Assembly: GCA_965601925.1 (NCBI GenBank)
Contig: OZ271854.1
Location: 1,280,001-1,344,000 of the forward strand
Direction of reading: 5' to 3'
DNA length: 64,000 bases
From: Alkalispirochaeta sp.
GTDB lineage: Bacteria > Spirochaetota > Spirochaetia > DSM-27196 > Alkalispirochaetaceae
Position numbers and translations under genes: made by a program. The notes beneath the pieces were generated by a model. That model was not told where the DNA came from, did not search any database, and worked only from the letters and a program-made list of their open reading frames with translations. Below, piece by piece: positions 1-9,868 of this stretch (position 1 is its first letter; each line of letters starts with the position of its first letter).

Positions 1-1226
1 GCGCCGGTTGGACCGGCGACATCGCCGTGTTTTGCGAAACCGGAAGCTACCTCATGCGTACCGATCGATTCCTGTCCGACTGGATGAAAGACGTCGCCCT
101 GCAGCAGCGCGACGACGGCCGCGTTGCGAGCATCACCCCCCCGGCCGGCATGCCGTCACGCATCGACGGCTCTGCGGGGTGGGCCGATGCCGCGATCATC
201 GTGCCGCACACGCTGTATCGGATGTACGGCGACCGGTCGATACTCGTCGAACAGTACGCGACCATGCAGCGCCTCGTTGCGTTTATGGAAGGTCGTGCGC
301 ACCGTTCGCGCCGTCTCAAGAAGCTCGGTCGCGGAACCGATCGTCGATTTGTTATCGACACCGGTTTTCGCTTCGGGGAATGGCTTGAGCCGGACACGTC
401 GCTGCCGATGTCGATGCTCAGGGCGCTCTTTGCCCCCGACGCCGAGGCCGCCACGGCGTACTTCGCCCATTCGACTCGGCTCCTGTCGGAGATCGCCGAG
501 GTGTTGGACCGCCGGGACGACGCACGACGCTACGCTGCGCTCGCCGAAAACGTCCGCGCCGCGTATCGACGTACCTTTACCACCGACGGCCTCGTGCGGT
601 CGCGCCGCCAAGCGCGCTTGGTCCGCCCGTTGGCGTTCGAGCTCCTCGATACACGGGACGCGTCCCGAAACGCCGCGATATTGAACCGGTTGGTGATCGC
701 GAACGACTACAAAATCGGCACCGGCTTTCTCTCGACCCCGTTTATCCTGAATGTCCTGACCGATCACGAATATGTCGACACGGCGTACCGCGCGGCCGAG
801 AATCGTCGGCGCCCCGGCTGGTTGTACGCCGTCGACAAAGGCGCCACGACGATCTGGGAGAGTTGGAACGGCATCGACGAGAGGGGTGTTCCGCACATGT
901 CGCACAACCACTACGCGCTCGGTTCGGTCGTCGGATGGTACTTCAGCCGCGTCGCGGGTATCACGTCTCTGGATCCCGGTTTTAAGCGTGTCCGGATCAA
1001 GCCGATACCCGGCGGCAGCCTCACCCACGCCGCGTGTACCTATCGAAGCGCGGCGGGAACGATTCGCAGCGCCTGGCGCGTCTCCGGCCGCACGATCACG
1101 TTCGACATCGAAGTTCCGACTTCGGCCGAAATCGATCTTCCGGACGGCTCTCGCCACGACGTCGAGGCGGGACGATACCGGTTTCGTCGCGAGCGCCCGT
1201 TCCGAACCCTTCCCGCAGGCGGTTAA
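1..1226 (+). CDS. Alpha-L-rhamnosidase, GH78 family (5'-truncated by window edge)
   Basis: The frame is open from base 3 and reads AGWTGDIAVF. It also has GWADA, FGEWLEP, GTGFLST, GATTIWESW and SHNHY, all typical GH78 motifs. Paralogue of 9865-12612. Confidence 0.93.
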   Translation, partial: AGWTGDIAVFCETGSYLMRTDRFLSDWMKDVALQQRDDGRVASITPPAGMPSRIDGSAGWADAAIIVPHTLYRMYGDRSILVEQYATMQRLVAFMEGRAHRSRRLKKLGRGTDRRFVIDTGFRFGEWLEPDTSLPMSMLRALFAPDAEAATAYFAHSTRLLSEIAEVLDRRDDARRYAALAENVRAAYRRTFTTDGLVRSRRQARLVRPLAFELLDTRDASRNAAILNRLVIANDYKIGTGFLSTPFILNVLTDHEYVDTAYRAAENRRRPGWLYAVDKGATTIWESWNGIDERGVPHMSHNHYALGSVVGWYFSRVAGITSLDPGFKRVRIKPIPGGSLTHAACTYRSAAGTIRSAWRVSGRTITFDIEVPTSAEIDLPDGSRHDVEAGRYRFRRERPFRTLPAGG

Positions 1227-1378
1227 GGAGCTCGCGAGAACGCATCCGCAGTCGTAATGCTCGCGGGACTCGTCGTCGGCGCGGTCGCGGCTTTTTACTT
1301 ATTCTTTGCCGGCACGTACATCGCGGCGGACTTTCTTCCGCTACCCGGATCCCGCTCGTCGGAGGAATGACGCCGATA

Positions 1379-2632
1379 TTACACGCGACCGAAGAGCACC
1401 GTGCGCTCATACTCGTCCGCGCTCGCCATCCACTCGCGACCGGTCGGCACGTCGTTGATGCGGCAATAATGGTCCCACACGATGCCGAAGGGTAACGACT
1501 TCGCCTCCTCTTGGAGCGCAAGTCGATCCGCTAACCGCCCTTCCCGCTCGGCGGCGCGTACGAGCTCGATCGGTTCTAGTAATGAGTACAGAATCGCCTT
1601 GACGGTGTTGCGGACGCCGATTACCCACGCCGCCACCCGATTGATGCTGGCGTCGAAAAAATCGAGGGCGATATACACCCGACTCCACGCGTCGGCCCGC
1701 GCTATCTCGCGCATGACCGAGCGCGTCTCGTCGTCAAAGAGCACGACGTGGTCGCTATCCCACCGGACGGGACGCGAAACGTGGAGCATGAGCCGCGGAA
1801 GAAACGCGAGAAGAGCGCTTACCTTCTCGGCGATCGACTCGGTGGGGTGGTAGTGGCCGGCGTCCATCGTCAACATCACCTCGCGCGTCAACGCGTAGGC
1901 AAGATAGAACTCGTGGGATCCGACCACATACGACTCGGATCCGATCCCGAACAACTTACTCTCCACGGCGTCGATCATAAGATCCTGAGGAAGACGATCC
2001 GCATAGATCTCGTCTAAAGACTCGATTAGACGCCGACGAGGGCCGAGGCGGTCGGCAGGCATGTCTTTCCAGCCGTCGGGTATCCACAGATTGTTGATAC
2101 AAACCTCGCCCAACTTACGACCGATCCCGGATGCAACTGCTCGGCTGCGTTTCCCATGCTCGATCCAGAAACGCCGTGTCGACTCGTCGACGGACGTCAA
2201 CGTGAATCCGTCGGCGGAACGCTTGTGGGAGTAAAAGGTCGGATTGAAGTCCAGGGCGATTCCCAGCCCTTCGGCCCACTCGACCCACCCCCGGAAGTGC
2301 TCAAACTCCACCTCGTCTCTATCCACCGATCGTCCGCCGGTCTCCAGATACTTTGCGTGGAGGTTAAAGCGGTGCCGGCCCGGTATCATGCGATACGCCG
2401 CTTCGAAATCGGCTCGCAACTCATCGGGAGTCCGGGCCCGCCCGCGGTGATCCCCCGTTGCGAGTATCCCACCGGTTAACTCCGTGCTCCCTTCGAAGCC
2501 GCCGTTATCGTCACCCTGCCAGCAGTTGACCGAAACCGGCACACCGGCCGCCGTACGCAAGGCCGTCTCGACGTCTACCCCGTATGCGGCGTATTGCTCC
2601 GCGGCATATTCAAAGACGCTTTCATTCGTCAT
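1379..2632 (-). CDS. rhaA: L-rhamnose isomerase
   Basis: Motifs CWQGDD, GRARTPDELRAD, FNPTFYSH, WIPDG, ESKLFGIGSESYVVGSHEFY, GHYHPTE, HVSRPVRWDSDHVV and DFFDASINR match RhaA. Confidence 0.95.
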   Translation of the reverse strand: MTNESVFEYAAEQYAAYGVDVETALRTAAGVPVSVNCWQGDDNGGFEGSTELTGGILATGDHRGRARTPDELRADFEAAYRMIPGRHRFNLHAKYLETGGRSVDRDEVEFEHFRGWVEWAEGLGIALDFNPTFYSHKRSADGFTLTSVDESTRRFWIEHGKRSRAVASGIGRKLGEVCINNLWIPDGWKDMPADRLGPRRRLIESLDEIYADRLPQDLMIDAVESKLFGIGSESYVVGSHEFYLAYALTREVMLTMDAGHYHPTESIAEKVSALLAFLPRLMLHVSRPVRWDSDHVVLFDDETRSVMREIARADAWSRVYIALDFFDASINRVAAWVIGVRNTVKAILYSLLEPIELVRAAEREGRLADRLALQEEAKSLPFGIVWDHYCRINDVPTGREWMASADEYERTVLFGRV

Positions 2633-2860
2633 TGTGTTACGCTCCTACTCTGGATAGACCTCATGGTAAGCACGCCGCAGCCCCATGCGTTCCATGGTTC
2701 TTCCGCTCTTTTTCAGTCATATTCAATCTTAATCAATCATTTTGTCATCATTTCTTGGTAAAAACAACCTTTTTCGACTAAAACTGACTCTTCATGACTT
2801 GATTAGACGTTGTTTGCGTGAATCGGTAGCGCAGTCATCGGCTCGGTGGTAGAATCGCGT

Positions 2861-3649
2861 ATGCTGGAACGGGAACGACGCGCCACCATAGCCCGACTAT
2901 TGGAGTCGAAACGCTTTGTAAGCGTGCACGACGTGGTACGATCGACCGGCGCGTCGCAGTCGACGGTGCGGCGCGACTTCGCCGACCTGGAAAGCGCCGG
3001 TATTGCGGCGCGCGTTCGCGGAGGAATCGAGTCGGTCCGGGGATCCGATGCGTCGTCGCCCCTGCCCCTCGGTCCGGACGGCGGACTGGGTTCATTCGGA
3101 CGGCGTTCGGCCGTTCGCCTCGCTCAAAAACGAAGAATCGCCGACCGCGCGGCGGAGTTTCTACGACCCAACGACACGATCTTTGTCGACGGCGGAACCA
3201 CCACGTTTCAACTGTCCGACCATTTGTCTCTTGTGCCGCTGAACGTCGTCACCAACAGCCTCGCCCTGGCGCACCATCTGGCAACGCAGTCGCAATGCAC
3301 CGTGACGATCCCCGAAGGGCGCGTCGACTCGGAATCGCTTCTGATATTGAACACCCTCGCGGAAGATCCGTTCTCCAATTACAGCGCGGCGCGCGCCTTC
3401 ATGGGTGTCGAGGGCATTACGGAGCGGGGGCTCACCAACAACAATCCGGTGCTGATCCAGGCGGAACGGGCGATGATTCGCCACGCCGAAGAGCTGATCG
3501 TCCTTGCCGACGAGACGAAGTTCGGCACGATCGGCACCCTGTCGTTGGCCCCGATCGAGCAAGTCACGACCGTCGTTACGACCACCGACGCACCGCCGGA
3601 GGTCGTCGACGCCATTCGGGAGCAGGGAGTTCGCGTCATTCTGGCGTAA
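2861..3649 (+). CDS. DeoR/GlpR family transcriptional regulator
   Basis: N-terminal HTH (ASQSTVRRDFADL) plus TIFVDGGTTT and LADETKFG in the sensor domain. Divergent from rhaA. Confidence 0.93.
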   Translation: MLERERRATIARLLESKRFVSVHDVVRSTGASQSTVRRDFADLESAGIAARVRGGIESVRGSDASSPLPLGPDGGLGSFGRRSAVRLAQKRRIADRAAEFLRPNDTIFVDGGTTTFQLSDHLSLVPLNVVTNSLALAHHLATQSQCTVTIPEGRVDSESLLILNTLAEDPFSNYSAARAFMGVEGITERGLTNNNPVLIQAERAMIRHAEELIVLADETKFGTIGTLSLAPIEQVTTVVTTTDAPPEVVDAIREQGVRVILA

Positions 3650-3711
3650 CTCGCCGGGCAGCGTCGCATCGCTCCCACGGACCGTCGGAAGATACGACCG
3701 TAAGACGACGA

Positions 3712-4641
3712 TTACTCCCCCGTAGGCGGGCCATGAAACACTCGCTTGATCGCGTCCAAGGATTCCGCGAGCTGCTCTTCCAAACGGTAGTCGGAGTAGT
3801 CGCGTCCGACCTTAGGACCGCTGATCTCCAAGTATCCCACGACGTTACGCCGCGGTAACGCGCGGGCGCGGTTCTCGATTATCGCTCGGACGGCCGGAAG
3901 GTCGACAATGCCACGTTCCCGATCTTCGCGGCCGAACCCGAAGGTGGCGTCGTAGCGCTCATCGGTGTTCTTTAGATGAAACTCCCACATCCACGGTAGT
4001 GCGCACTCGAAGAGCTCGAGATTGCCGTGGATCGAGACGCCGTCTCGGTCGGCAACCCCATGCGAGACGTCGGGACAGAGATAGACCGGTGCCATCACGT
4101 CCTCGTATCCCTCGCGGGCGTGCACAAAGTGGCGCATGTAGCGCTCGATCTCCGTCGGCGTCGACGGCGGCTCGAAGAGCGACGACATCGGTTCGATGGT
4201 CAACGCCGCGAGGCCGTGCTCCGCGGCGTAGTGCGCAAGCTCCACCATGTACGTCAGATACCGCTCCTCTCCGTCGGTACGGGAGTCGGGTTTATCGCGG
4301 AGAACGGCGCCGGGATTCGAACCCACCGACTCGGCTCCCAACAGACTACCGATCTCGATCAAGCGACGGTAGGCGTCGAATGCGACCGGCGGTAGCGCCG
4401 GATCGGACGCGAAGAAGCTCCCGAGCTCGCGGTGGGCGGTAAAACAGCTGCGAATGCGCACGCCGTAGGTATCCGCCGTGTCACGGAGGCGCAGAAAGAA
4501 CTCGTCCGGCAACCGGTACATCTCAAAGAAGCTGCCGAGCTGGAGATTAAACACTCCCTCCCGTTGCATGAGCTCAAACAACCACTCATAACTGAAGCGG
4601 TGCAGGATCGGATCGCTCTTGATACCGATTTCGAGGTTCAC
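3712..4641 (-). CDS. Sugar-phosphate isomerase/epimerase (xylose-isomerase-like TIM barrel)
   Basis: Metal-ligand pattern IEPM, DVSH, EFHLKN, YLE. Stop/start overlap with the upstream dehydrogenase. Confidence 0.7.
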   Translation of the reverse strand: MNLEIGIKSDPILHRFSYEWLFELMQREGVFNLQLGSFFEMYRLPDEFFLRLRDTADTYGVRIRSCFTAHRELGSFFASDPALPPVAFDAYRRLIEIGSLLGAESVGSNPGAVLRDKPDSRTDGEERYLTYMVELAHYAAEHGLAALTIEPMSSLFEPPSTPTEIERYMRHFVHAREGYEDVMAPVYLCPDVSHGVADRDGVSIHGNLELFECALPWMWEFHLKNTDERYDATFGFGREDRERGIVDLPAVRAIIENRARALPRRNVVGYLEISGPKVGRDYSDYRLEEQLAESLDAIKRVFHGPPTGE

Positions 4642-5684
4642 GCGTCGCCGCCTGGGTGCTCAATGATTACCTTGTTGAACCACGTATCGCGCGCGTGCAT
4701 CCGTTGCATCATCGCTCCCGCCTCATCCAGAGCTATCCGATGGCTGATCAACGCTTCAATGTCGATCCTCGAGTCCATCATAGCGAGGACGCGCGTCCAT
4801 TCGTCGGCACCGCGCGGAACGACCTTACTATTCCACGCGCCGTAGATCGTCAGCTCCCTCCGTAAAATGGCCGAAAACTCCGCTTTGGGAATGGTCAAAT
4901 CTTGCGAGATGTTTCCCAGAAATACGACGTGACCGAACAGTCCCGCCGCCGCCAACGCCTCTCTGAACGTCTCGGGTACTCCACACGCCTCCACCACGAT
5001 ATCGGCCCCTCCGCCGGTCGACTCGATGATCGAGGCGACCGGATCGTCGGACGTCGGGTCCACTACCGTCAATCCCATGGTCGAGCAGATCTCCCGCTTC
5101 CGCGCGTCGGGCTCGGAGACGATCACCGGATCGCAGCCGCGAAGGCGCAACCACTGGGCTACCATATTTCCAATCGGACCGCCGCCGATAACGGCGGCCG
5201 ACATACCCGGGCTCACCGACGGCCGTACACTCGCATGGTAGGCGACGGCACACGGCTCGGTCATGGCCGCGTGAGACAGCGAAACGGATGCAGGTATGCG
5301 GACCAGGTTGCCCTCGGGCACCGCCAAAAAACGCTGGAACGCTCCATCCCTGCGCGAGCCGAAGTAGTCGTAGCGCTTCGCCACCGCGTACTCACCGATC
5401 TGATTGATCGCTTCATCGGGATCGGGTATCAGCGGAAACACGGCCACCGGATCGCCGGATCGAAACGCACCGCCCGGCGCCGGTTCACGGACCACTGCGG
5501 AAAACTCGTGGCCGAGGACGAGGGGATAATGATATGCCCCGTCTTCAAAGGCCCGGGGGATGTCGGACCCGCACACCCCTACGGCGGCGACCTCAACCAG
5601 TGTGTTGAATCGACCGTCCAACTCGGGAATCGGACGGTCGTGAAGGCGAAGAATCCCGTTTCGTTCCAGCACCAGTGCATCCAT
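4638..5684 (-). CDS. Zn-dependent polyol(-phosphate) dehydrogenase, galactitol-1-phosphate 5-dehydrogenase-like
   Basis: GVCGSD, GHEF, YDYFGSRRDG, EPCAVAYH and a GGGPIG Rossmann motif. Confidence 0.85.
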   Translation of the reverse strand: MDALVLERNGILRLHDRPIPELDGRFNTLVEVAAVGVCGSDIPRAFEDGAYHYPLVLGHEFSAVVREPAPGGAFRSGDPVAVFPLIPDPDEAINQIGEYAVAKRYDYFGSRRDGAFQRFLAVPEGNLVRIPASVSLSHAAMTEPCAVAYHASVRPSVSPGMSAAVIGGGPIGNMVAQWLRLRGCDPVIVSEPDARKREICSTMGLTVVDPTSDDPVASIIESTGGGADIVVEACGVPETFREALAAAGLFGHVVFLGNISQDLTIPKAEFSAILRRELTIYGAWNSKVVPRGADEWTRVLAMMDSRIDIEALISHRIALDEAGAMMQRMHARDTWFNKVIIEHPGGDA

Positions 5685-5821
5685 ATTGCCACATAGTACC
5701 GTTCACAATCGATTCAGTCAAACCATTATAATCAATAAACGATCAACGTGATCTTATATGATTGACAAAGATCATATTTGACGCAAATCTGACCACAGGA
5801 GTCCCACCAAAAGGAGTCACA

Positions 5822-6877
5822 ATGTATTCCACGATGAAGGCGTGTTACCTGGTCGATATCGGCACATTGGAGGTACGAGATACAGCGATCCCGGAACCGA
5901 AGGCGGGAGAGGCGTTATTGAAGGTGAAGGCCTGTACGGTCTGCGGATCGGATATCAAGATCTGGCGCTACGGAAACGGTCGCGTGAAGATGCCCTCGAT
6001 CATCGGACATGAGGTCGCGGGAGAGGTTGCGGCCGTCGGGCCCGATGTGGAGGCGGTTCGAGTGGGCGACCGCGTCCAGATCGGCGCCGATGTTCCGGGC
6101 TACTGGAACGAGAATATTCCCGGCAAGACGTTGTTCATCGACTACGCCACGGGTCACGAGTTTGCCGGAGGGTTTGCCGATTACATGCTTCTGAATGAAA
6201 AACTCCTCCGGTTCGGTCCGGTGGCACGTATTCCCGATACGCTGCCCTACGAGGAGGCGGCGCTGGCCGAACCGCTGGCGTGCGCCCTCAACGGGCTGGA
6301 ACTCGCCCGATTCGGCTACGGCAAGAGCATATGCATCATCGGGCTCGGGCCGATCGGGTGCATGATCCTGGAGTTGAGCAAAGCGTACGGGGCGACTACG
6401 GTGTTCGCCGCCCAGCGATCGAAGACGCGCCTGCAGATGGCGCGACAATTTCGTCCCGACGCGCGCTTCGTCGCTACCGACGACGAGAACCTCGTCGACG
6501 TCGTCATGCAAGAGACGCACGGGCTCGGCGTCGACCTGGTGATCACGACGGCCGGATCGGTAAAGGCCCACGAGGATGCGATTAATATCGTCGGCCATCG
6601 CGGCTATGTGAACCTCTTCGGCGGCCTGCGGGGCGAGCCGAAACTCCGGCTCGACAGTAACATCATCCATTACAAAGAGTGCTTTGTGATGGGGAGTCAC
6701 GGCTCGCTGCCGCGGCACAACAAACAGGCGATTGCGGCTCTCTCATCGGGTATCGTACGGGGAGCGCGATACATCTCACGACGCATGCCCCTTGCTCGCA
6801 TACAGGATGCGTTCGACTATCACGAGTCGCGCCGGGGGCTCAAGGTGGCGATAATGCCGGAGCTTGACGATGAGTAG
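5822..6877 (+). CDS. Zn-dependent sugar-alcohol dehydrogenase (MDR family)
   Basis: VCGSD, GHEVAG, EPLAC, GLGPIG. AAGGAG RBS before the ATG at 5822. Confidence 0.88.
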   Translation: MYSTMKACYLVDIGTLEVRDTAIPEPKAGEALLKVKACTVCGSDIKIWRYGNGRVKMPSIIGHEVAGEVAAVGPDVEAVRVGDRVQIGADVPGYWNENIPGKTLFIDYATGHEFAGGFADYMLLNEKLLRFGPVARIPDTLPYEEAALAEPLACALNGLELARFGYGKSICIIGLGPIGCMILELSKAYGATTVFAAQRSKTRLQMARQFRPDARFVATDDENLVDVVMQETHGLGVDLVITTAGSVKAHEDAINIVGHRGYVNLFGGLRGEPKLRLDSNIIHYKECFVMGSHGSLPRHNKQAIAALSSGIVRGARYISRRMPLARIQDAFDYHESRRGLKVAIMPELDDE

Positions 6878-7535
6878 GTCCGTCAAAATATCGCCGTCTA
6901 TGATGTGTGCCGACTTTCTGCATTTGGATCGTGAGATTCGCCTCCTCGAGTCGGCCGAGATCGACTATCTCCATATCGACATCATGGACGGCCAGTACGT
7001 TCCCAACTTCACTCTGGGGCCGGGATTCTGCGAACAGGTATCGCGAGCGTCGACGATTCCCCTCGATATCCACCTGATGATCGAGCCGGTGGATCGATAT
7101 GTCGCGGATTTCGCACGGTTCGACGGGTCGATCGTATCGTTTCATCCCGAAACGACGCGCCATCCGCTACGAACCATCGAGACGATCCGGCAACACGGAG
7201 CGCGCCCGGCAATTGCCGTGGATCCGGCGGTACCGATCGACCATCTTCGGCACCTCCTGCACGCGATCGAGCTCGTATGCGTGATGACCGTCAACCCGGG
7301 GTACGCCGGACAAACACTTCTACCGGGCGCCTTTGAGCGTATCTCTGCTTTTGCGGAATGGCGCGCCCTTCACGAAGCGTCGTTCGAGATAGAAGTAGAC
7401 GGCAACGTCAGCTGGGAGAACATCCCAAGGATGATTAAAGCCGGTGCCGACGTCCTCGTCGTGGGAACGTCATCGCTGTTCGGCGCCGCGTCGGATCGCG
7501 GTCGAGATCTGGAACGCCTCCTATCCATGGTGTAA
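6870..7535 (+). CDS. Ribulose-phosphate 3-epimerase family (Rpe/AlsE-like)
   Basis: SPSMMCADF, HIDIMDGQYVPN, DIHLM, MTVNPGYAGQ, EVDG, GAD. Confidence 0.92.
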   Translation: MSRSVKISPSMMCADFLHLDREIRLLESAEIDYLHIDIMDGQYVPNFTLGPGFCEQVSRASTIPLDIHLMIEPVDRYVADFARFDGSIVSFHPETTRHPLRTIETIRQHGARPAIAVDPAVPIDHLRHLLHAIELVCVMTVNPGYAGQTLLPGAFERISAFAEWRALHEASFEIEVDGNVSWENIPRMIKAGADVLVVGTSSLFGAASDRGRDLERLLSMV

Positions 7536-7706
7536 ACGCCCTTCCGGTGGTAGAGCGTCTTCAATCCTCGGTCGGGAGACGAGCTCACGCTCTATCGCCG
7601 CGCGGTCGATCGTCGAATCGGTGAAGGAACTCAATCCTTTCCATCACGAAATGTGAGCAGAACCTTGACACACGGCTCCCACGACGGTTTGTAATAGAGC
7701 AATCCT

Positions 7707-8309
7707 ATGAGCTCCGACAACGAAAGCAGCTACCAGCGGCAAGCCGAGATCAAGCGTCGCACACGATCTCGGATCGTCCAAGCGGCACTGTCGCTGTTTG
7801 AAGAGAAATGGATCGACGAGATTACTCTCAACGAAATTGCCGAGCGCGCCGAGGTTACGCTTCAGACCGTTATACGTCACTTCGGCGGCCGCGAGGGCAT
7901 CTTGGAGGCGATATCGCTGCCGGCCATGGGAGAGTTTATCTCCGGCAAACAGGGAGGCGATGTTCTTCCGACCGTGTACGAGGTCGATGAGGTAGTCCCC
8001 ACGATCGGCCGCATCTACGAGCAGGAACGAAACGGGCGCCTTATGAAGCAGGAAGAGCGATATCCCGCGCTGAAGCGGCTCGCGGAAGCGGGTCGGCGAC
8101 TCCATGAGGAGTGGATTCGCCGCTGCTTTGCCGTTCAGTTGGAAGGACTCGATGTCGCACCCCGCGAACGCGTGGTGCGGAAACTCCTGCACCTCACCGA
8201 CTTCTACAGCTGGCACCTGTATCGGAACGTCTACGGTCTCGATCGAGAAGAGACCGAACGGACGTTAACCGAGATGGTTCGGCTGGTACTCGACGCACCG
8301 AGACCCTAA
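7707..8309 (+). CDS. TetR/AcrR family regulator
   Basis: N-terminal HTH ITLNEIAERAEVTLQTVIRHFG. Confidence 0.9.
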   Translation: MSSDNESSYQRQAEIKRRTRSRIVQAALSLFEEKWIDEITLNEIAERAEVTLQTVIRHFGGREGILEAISLPAMGEFISGKQGGDVLPTVYEVDEVVPTIGRIYEQERNGRLMKQEERYPALKRLAEAGRRLHEEWIRRCFAVQLEGLDVAPRERVVRKLLHLTDFYSWHLYRNVYGLDREETERTLTEMVRLVLDAPRP

Positions 8310-8337
8310 CACACTATTCATAACGCAAATTCTTTCG

Positions 8338-8376
8338 TTGACGGCTCGATTTTTCGATGTTAGTATAACTAACATC
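8338..8376 (+). promoter_or_regulatory. Sigma70-like promoter overlapped by a palindromic operator
   Basis: TTGACG (8338) - N17 - TAGTAT (8361), overlapped by the perfect inverted repeat GATGTTAGT-ata-ACTAACATC (8356-8376). Lies between tetR and the MFS gene. Confidence 0.7.
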
Positions 8377-8464
8377 AAGTTCGACACGGGCCCGTTGCCG
8401 ACTTACCTCATGAACCCACCTGCACCTCGGCCGATTTTCTACGGGAATGTACGTGCAGAGATGA

Positions 8465-9868
8465 ATGTCTGGAGTGTCTATGGCAATGGAGTTACCAGCG
8501 GTGGAGCCGTCGACGGTCCCGCCGGACCAACGTATCGGGCTGTCGGAAAAGGCGGCTTTCTTCGCCGCAAACATGGGAAATGTGCCGGTAACGGTGGCAA
8601 TTTCCAGCTTTCTGCTCATCTTTTACACCGACATCGTCGGTCTCGATCCGGCCGCGGTCGGTACGATGTTTCTCATCACGAGGATCTTCGACGGATTTAA
8701 TGATCCGTTTGTCGGATACTGCATCGATCACCTGCCCCGGACGCGTTGGGGACGCTTTCGCCCGTGGCTCGTTATCGGCGGCCTTCTCGGTGCGCTCAAC
8801 TTCGCGGCGGTCTTCCTCGGCCCCAGCCTCGCACCGTCGGGAAAACTCGCGATTGCGTATATCACCTACTTGCTGATCGGCATCACCTTCGCGGCGATGG
8901 ATATTGCGAAGAACTCGCTCATGCCGGTCATGACCACCTCGACCAAAGAACGCAACACGCTGGCCTCCCTCGCCGGAATCTCGGCCCTCCTGGGAATGGG
9001 AATCGTCACCGCGGGTATGCTCCCGGCGGTCAACGCCTTTGCCGATCCGCGACGCGGCTGGCACGTTACTATCGGCGTGACCGCGGCGATCGTCTTTCTC
9101 CTGTCCGCGTTGGGGGCGTGGGGTGTTCGCGAGCGTATCGAGCCGAAGACGGATAGGAAGTACTCCGTTCGCGATCTCGTCACGCTCGTTACCGGCACAA
9201 AACCGGTGTTAATTTTGTACGGCGCGTCTCTGTTCATGATGTGCGCCTTCGCGGCCCGCAACGGCGTGATGGTGTTCTACGTCACCTACAACATGGGCAA
9301 CGCCGAGCTGATGGGCCCGGTGATGCTTTCGATGATGGGCGGCATGATCGCCGGCAGCATCGTCGGTCCACAAACGGCAAACGGCGTGGAAAAGCGTCTG
9401 CTTATGTCGATTCTGTTCTTTATATACGGCGCGGGGGCGGGTATCTCCTTCGTGCTGCCGACGAGCGTCGTCGCATTGTACGCGGGATCGGTGCTCTTCG
9501 GCATCGGCATGGGGGGAACCCTCACCCTGAGCGGGTCGATTCGCGCCGATATGCTCGACTGGATCGAGTGGAAGCACGGCTACCGCGCCGAGGGCGCAAC
9601 GGCATCGGTAGGCTCACTCGTTGCAAAAATCGCCCTTGCGATCGGCGGCGCGCTCCCCGGCTACGTACTCGCGGCAACCGATTACGTCGCCAACGCGCCC
9701 GAACAGTCTGCCGCGGCACTACGAGGTATCGTGCTCTCCATATCGGTCGTGCCCGCAGCCTTCGCCGTAGCGGCGGGACTCTTGTTTCTCTTCTATCCCA
9801 TTACCGGCGAGGACCATTCGCGAGTGAGCCGAGACTTGTTCGGAGACGACGCGGAGGTCGACCGATGA
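8465..9868 (+). CDS. MFS glycoside-pentoside-hexuronide (MelB/UidB-like) transporter
   Basis: RIFDGFNDPFVG, TRWGRFRPW, ER, and ADMLDW..RAEG motifs, with about 12 hydrophobic segments. Confidence 0.92.
   Translation: MSGVSMAMELPAVEPSTVPPDQRIGLSEKAAFFAANMGNVPVTVAISSFLLIFYTDIVGLDPAAVGTMFLITRIFDGFNDPFVGYCIDHLPRTRWGRFRPWLVIGGLLGALNFAAVFLGPSLAPSGKLAIAYITYLLIGITFAAMDIAKNSLMPVMTTSTKERNTLASLAGISALLGMGIVTAGMLPAVNAFADPRRGWHVTIGVTAAIVFLLSALGAWGVRERIEPKTDRKYSVRDLVTLVTGTKPVLILYGASLFMMCAFAARNGVMVFYVTYNMGNAELMGPVMLSMMGGMIAGSIVGPQTANGVEKRLLMSILFFIYGAGAGISFVLPTSVVALYAGSVLFGIGMGGTLTLSGSIRADMLDWIEWKHGYRAEGATASVGSLVAKIALAIGGALPGYVLAATDYVANAPEQSAAALRGIVLSISVVPAAFAVAAGLLFLFYPITGEDHSRVSRDLFGDDAEVDR

Noticed and set aside
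9241..9864. N-terminal extensions in the ORF track (9241, 12260, 22514, 41755 starts)
   Set aside because: They overlap neighbouring real genes in another frame. True starts with an RBS or stop-start coupling lie downstream.
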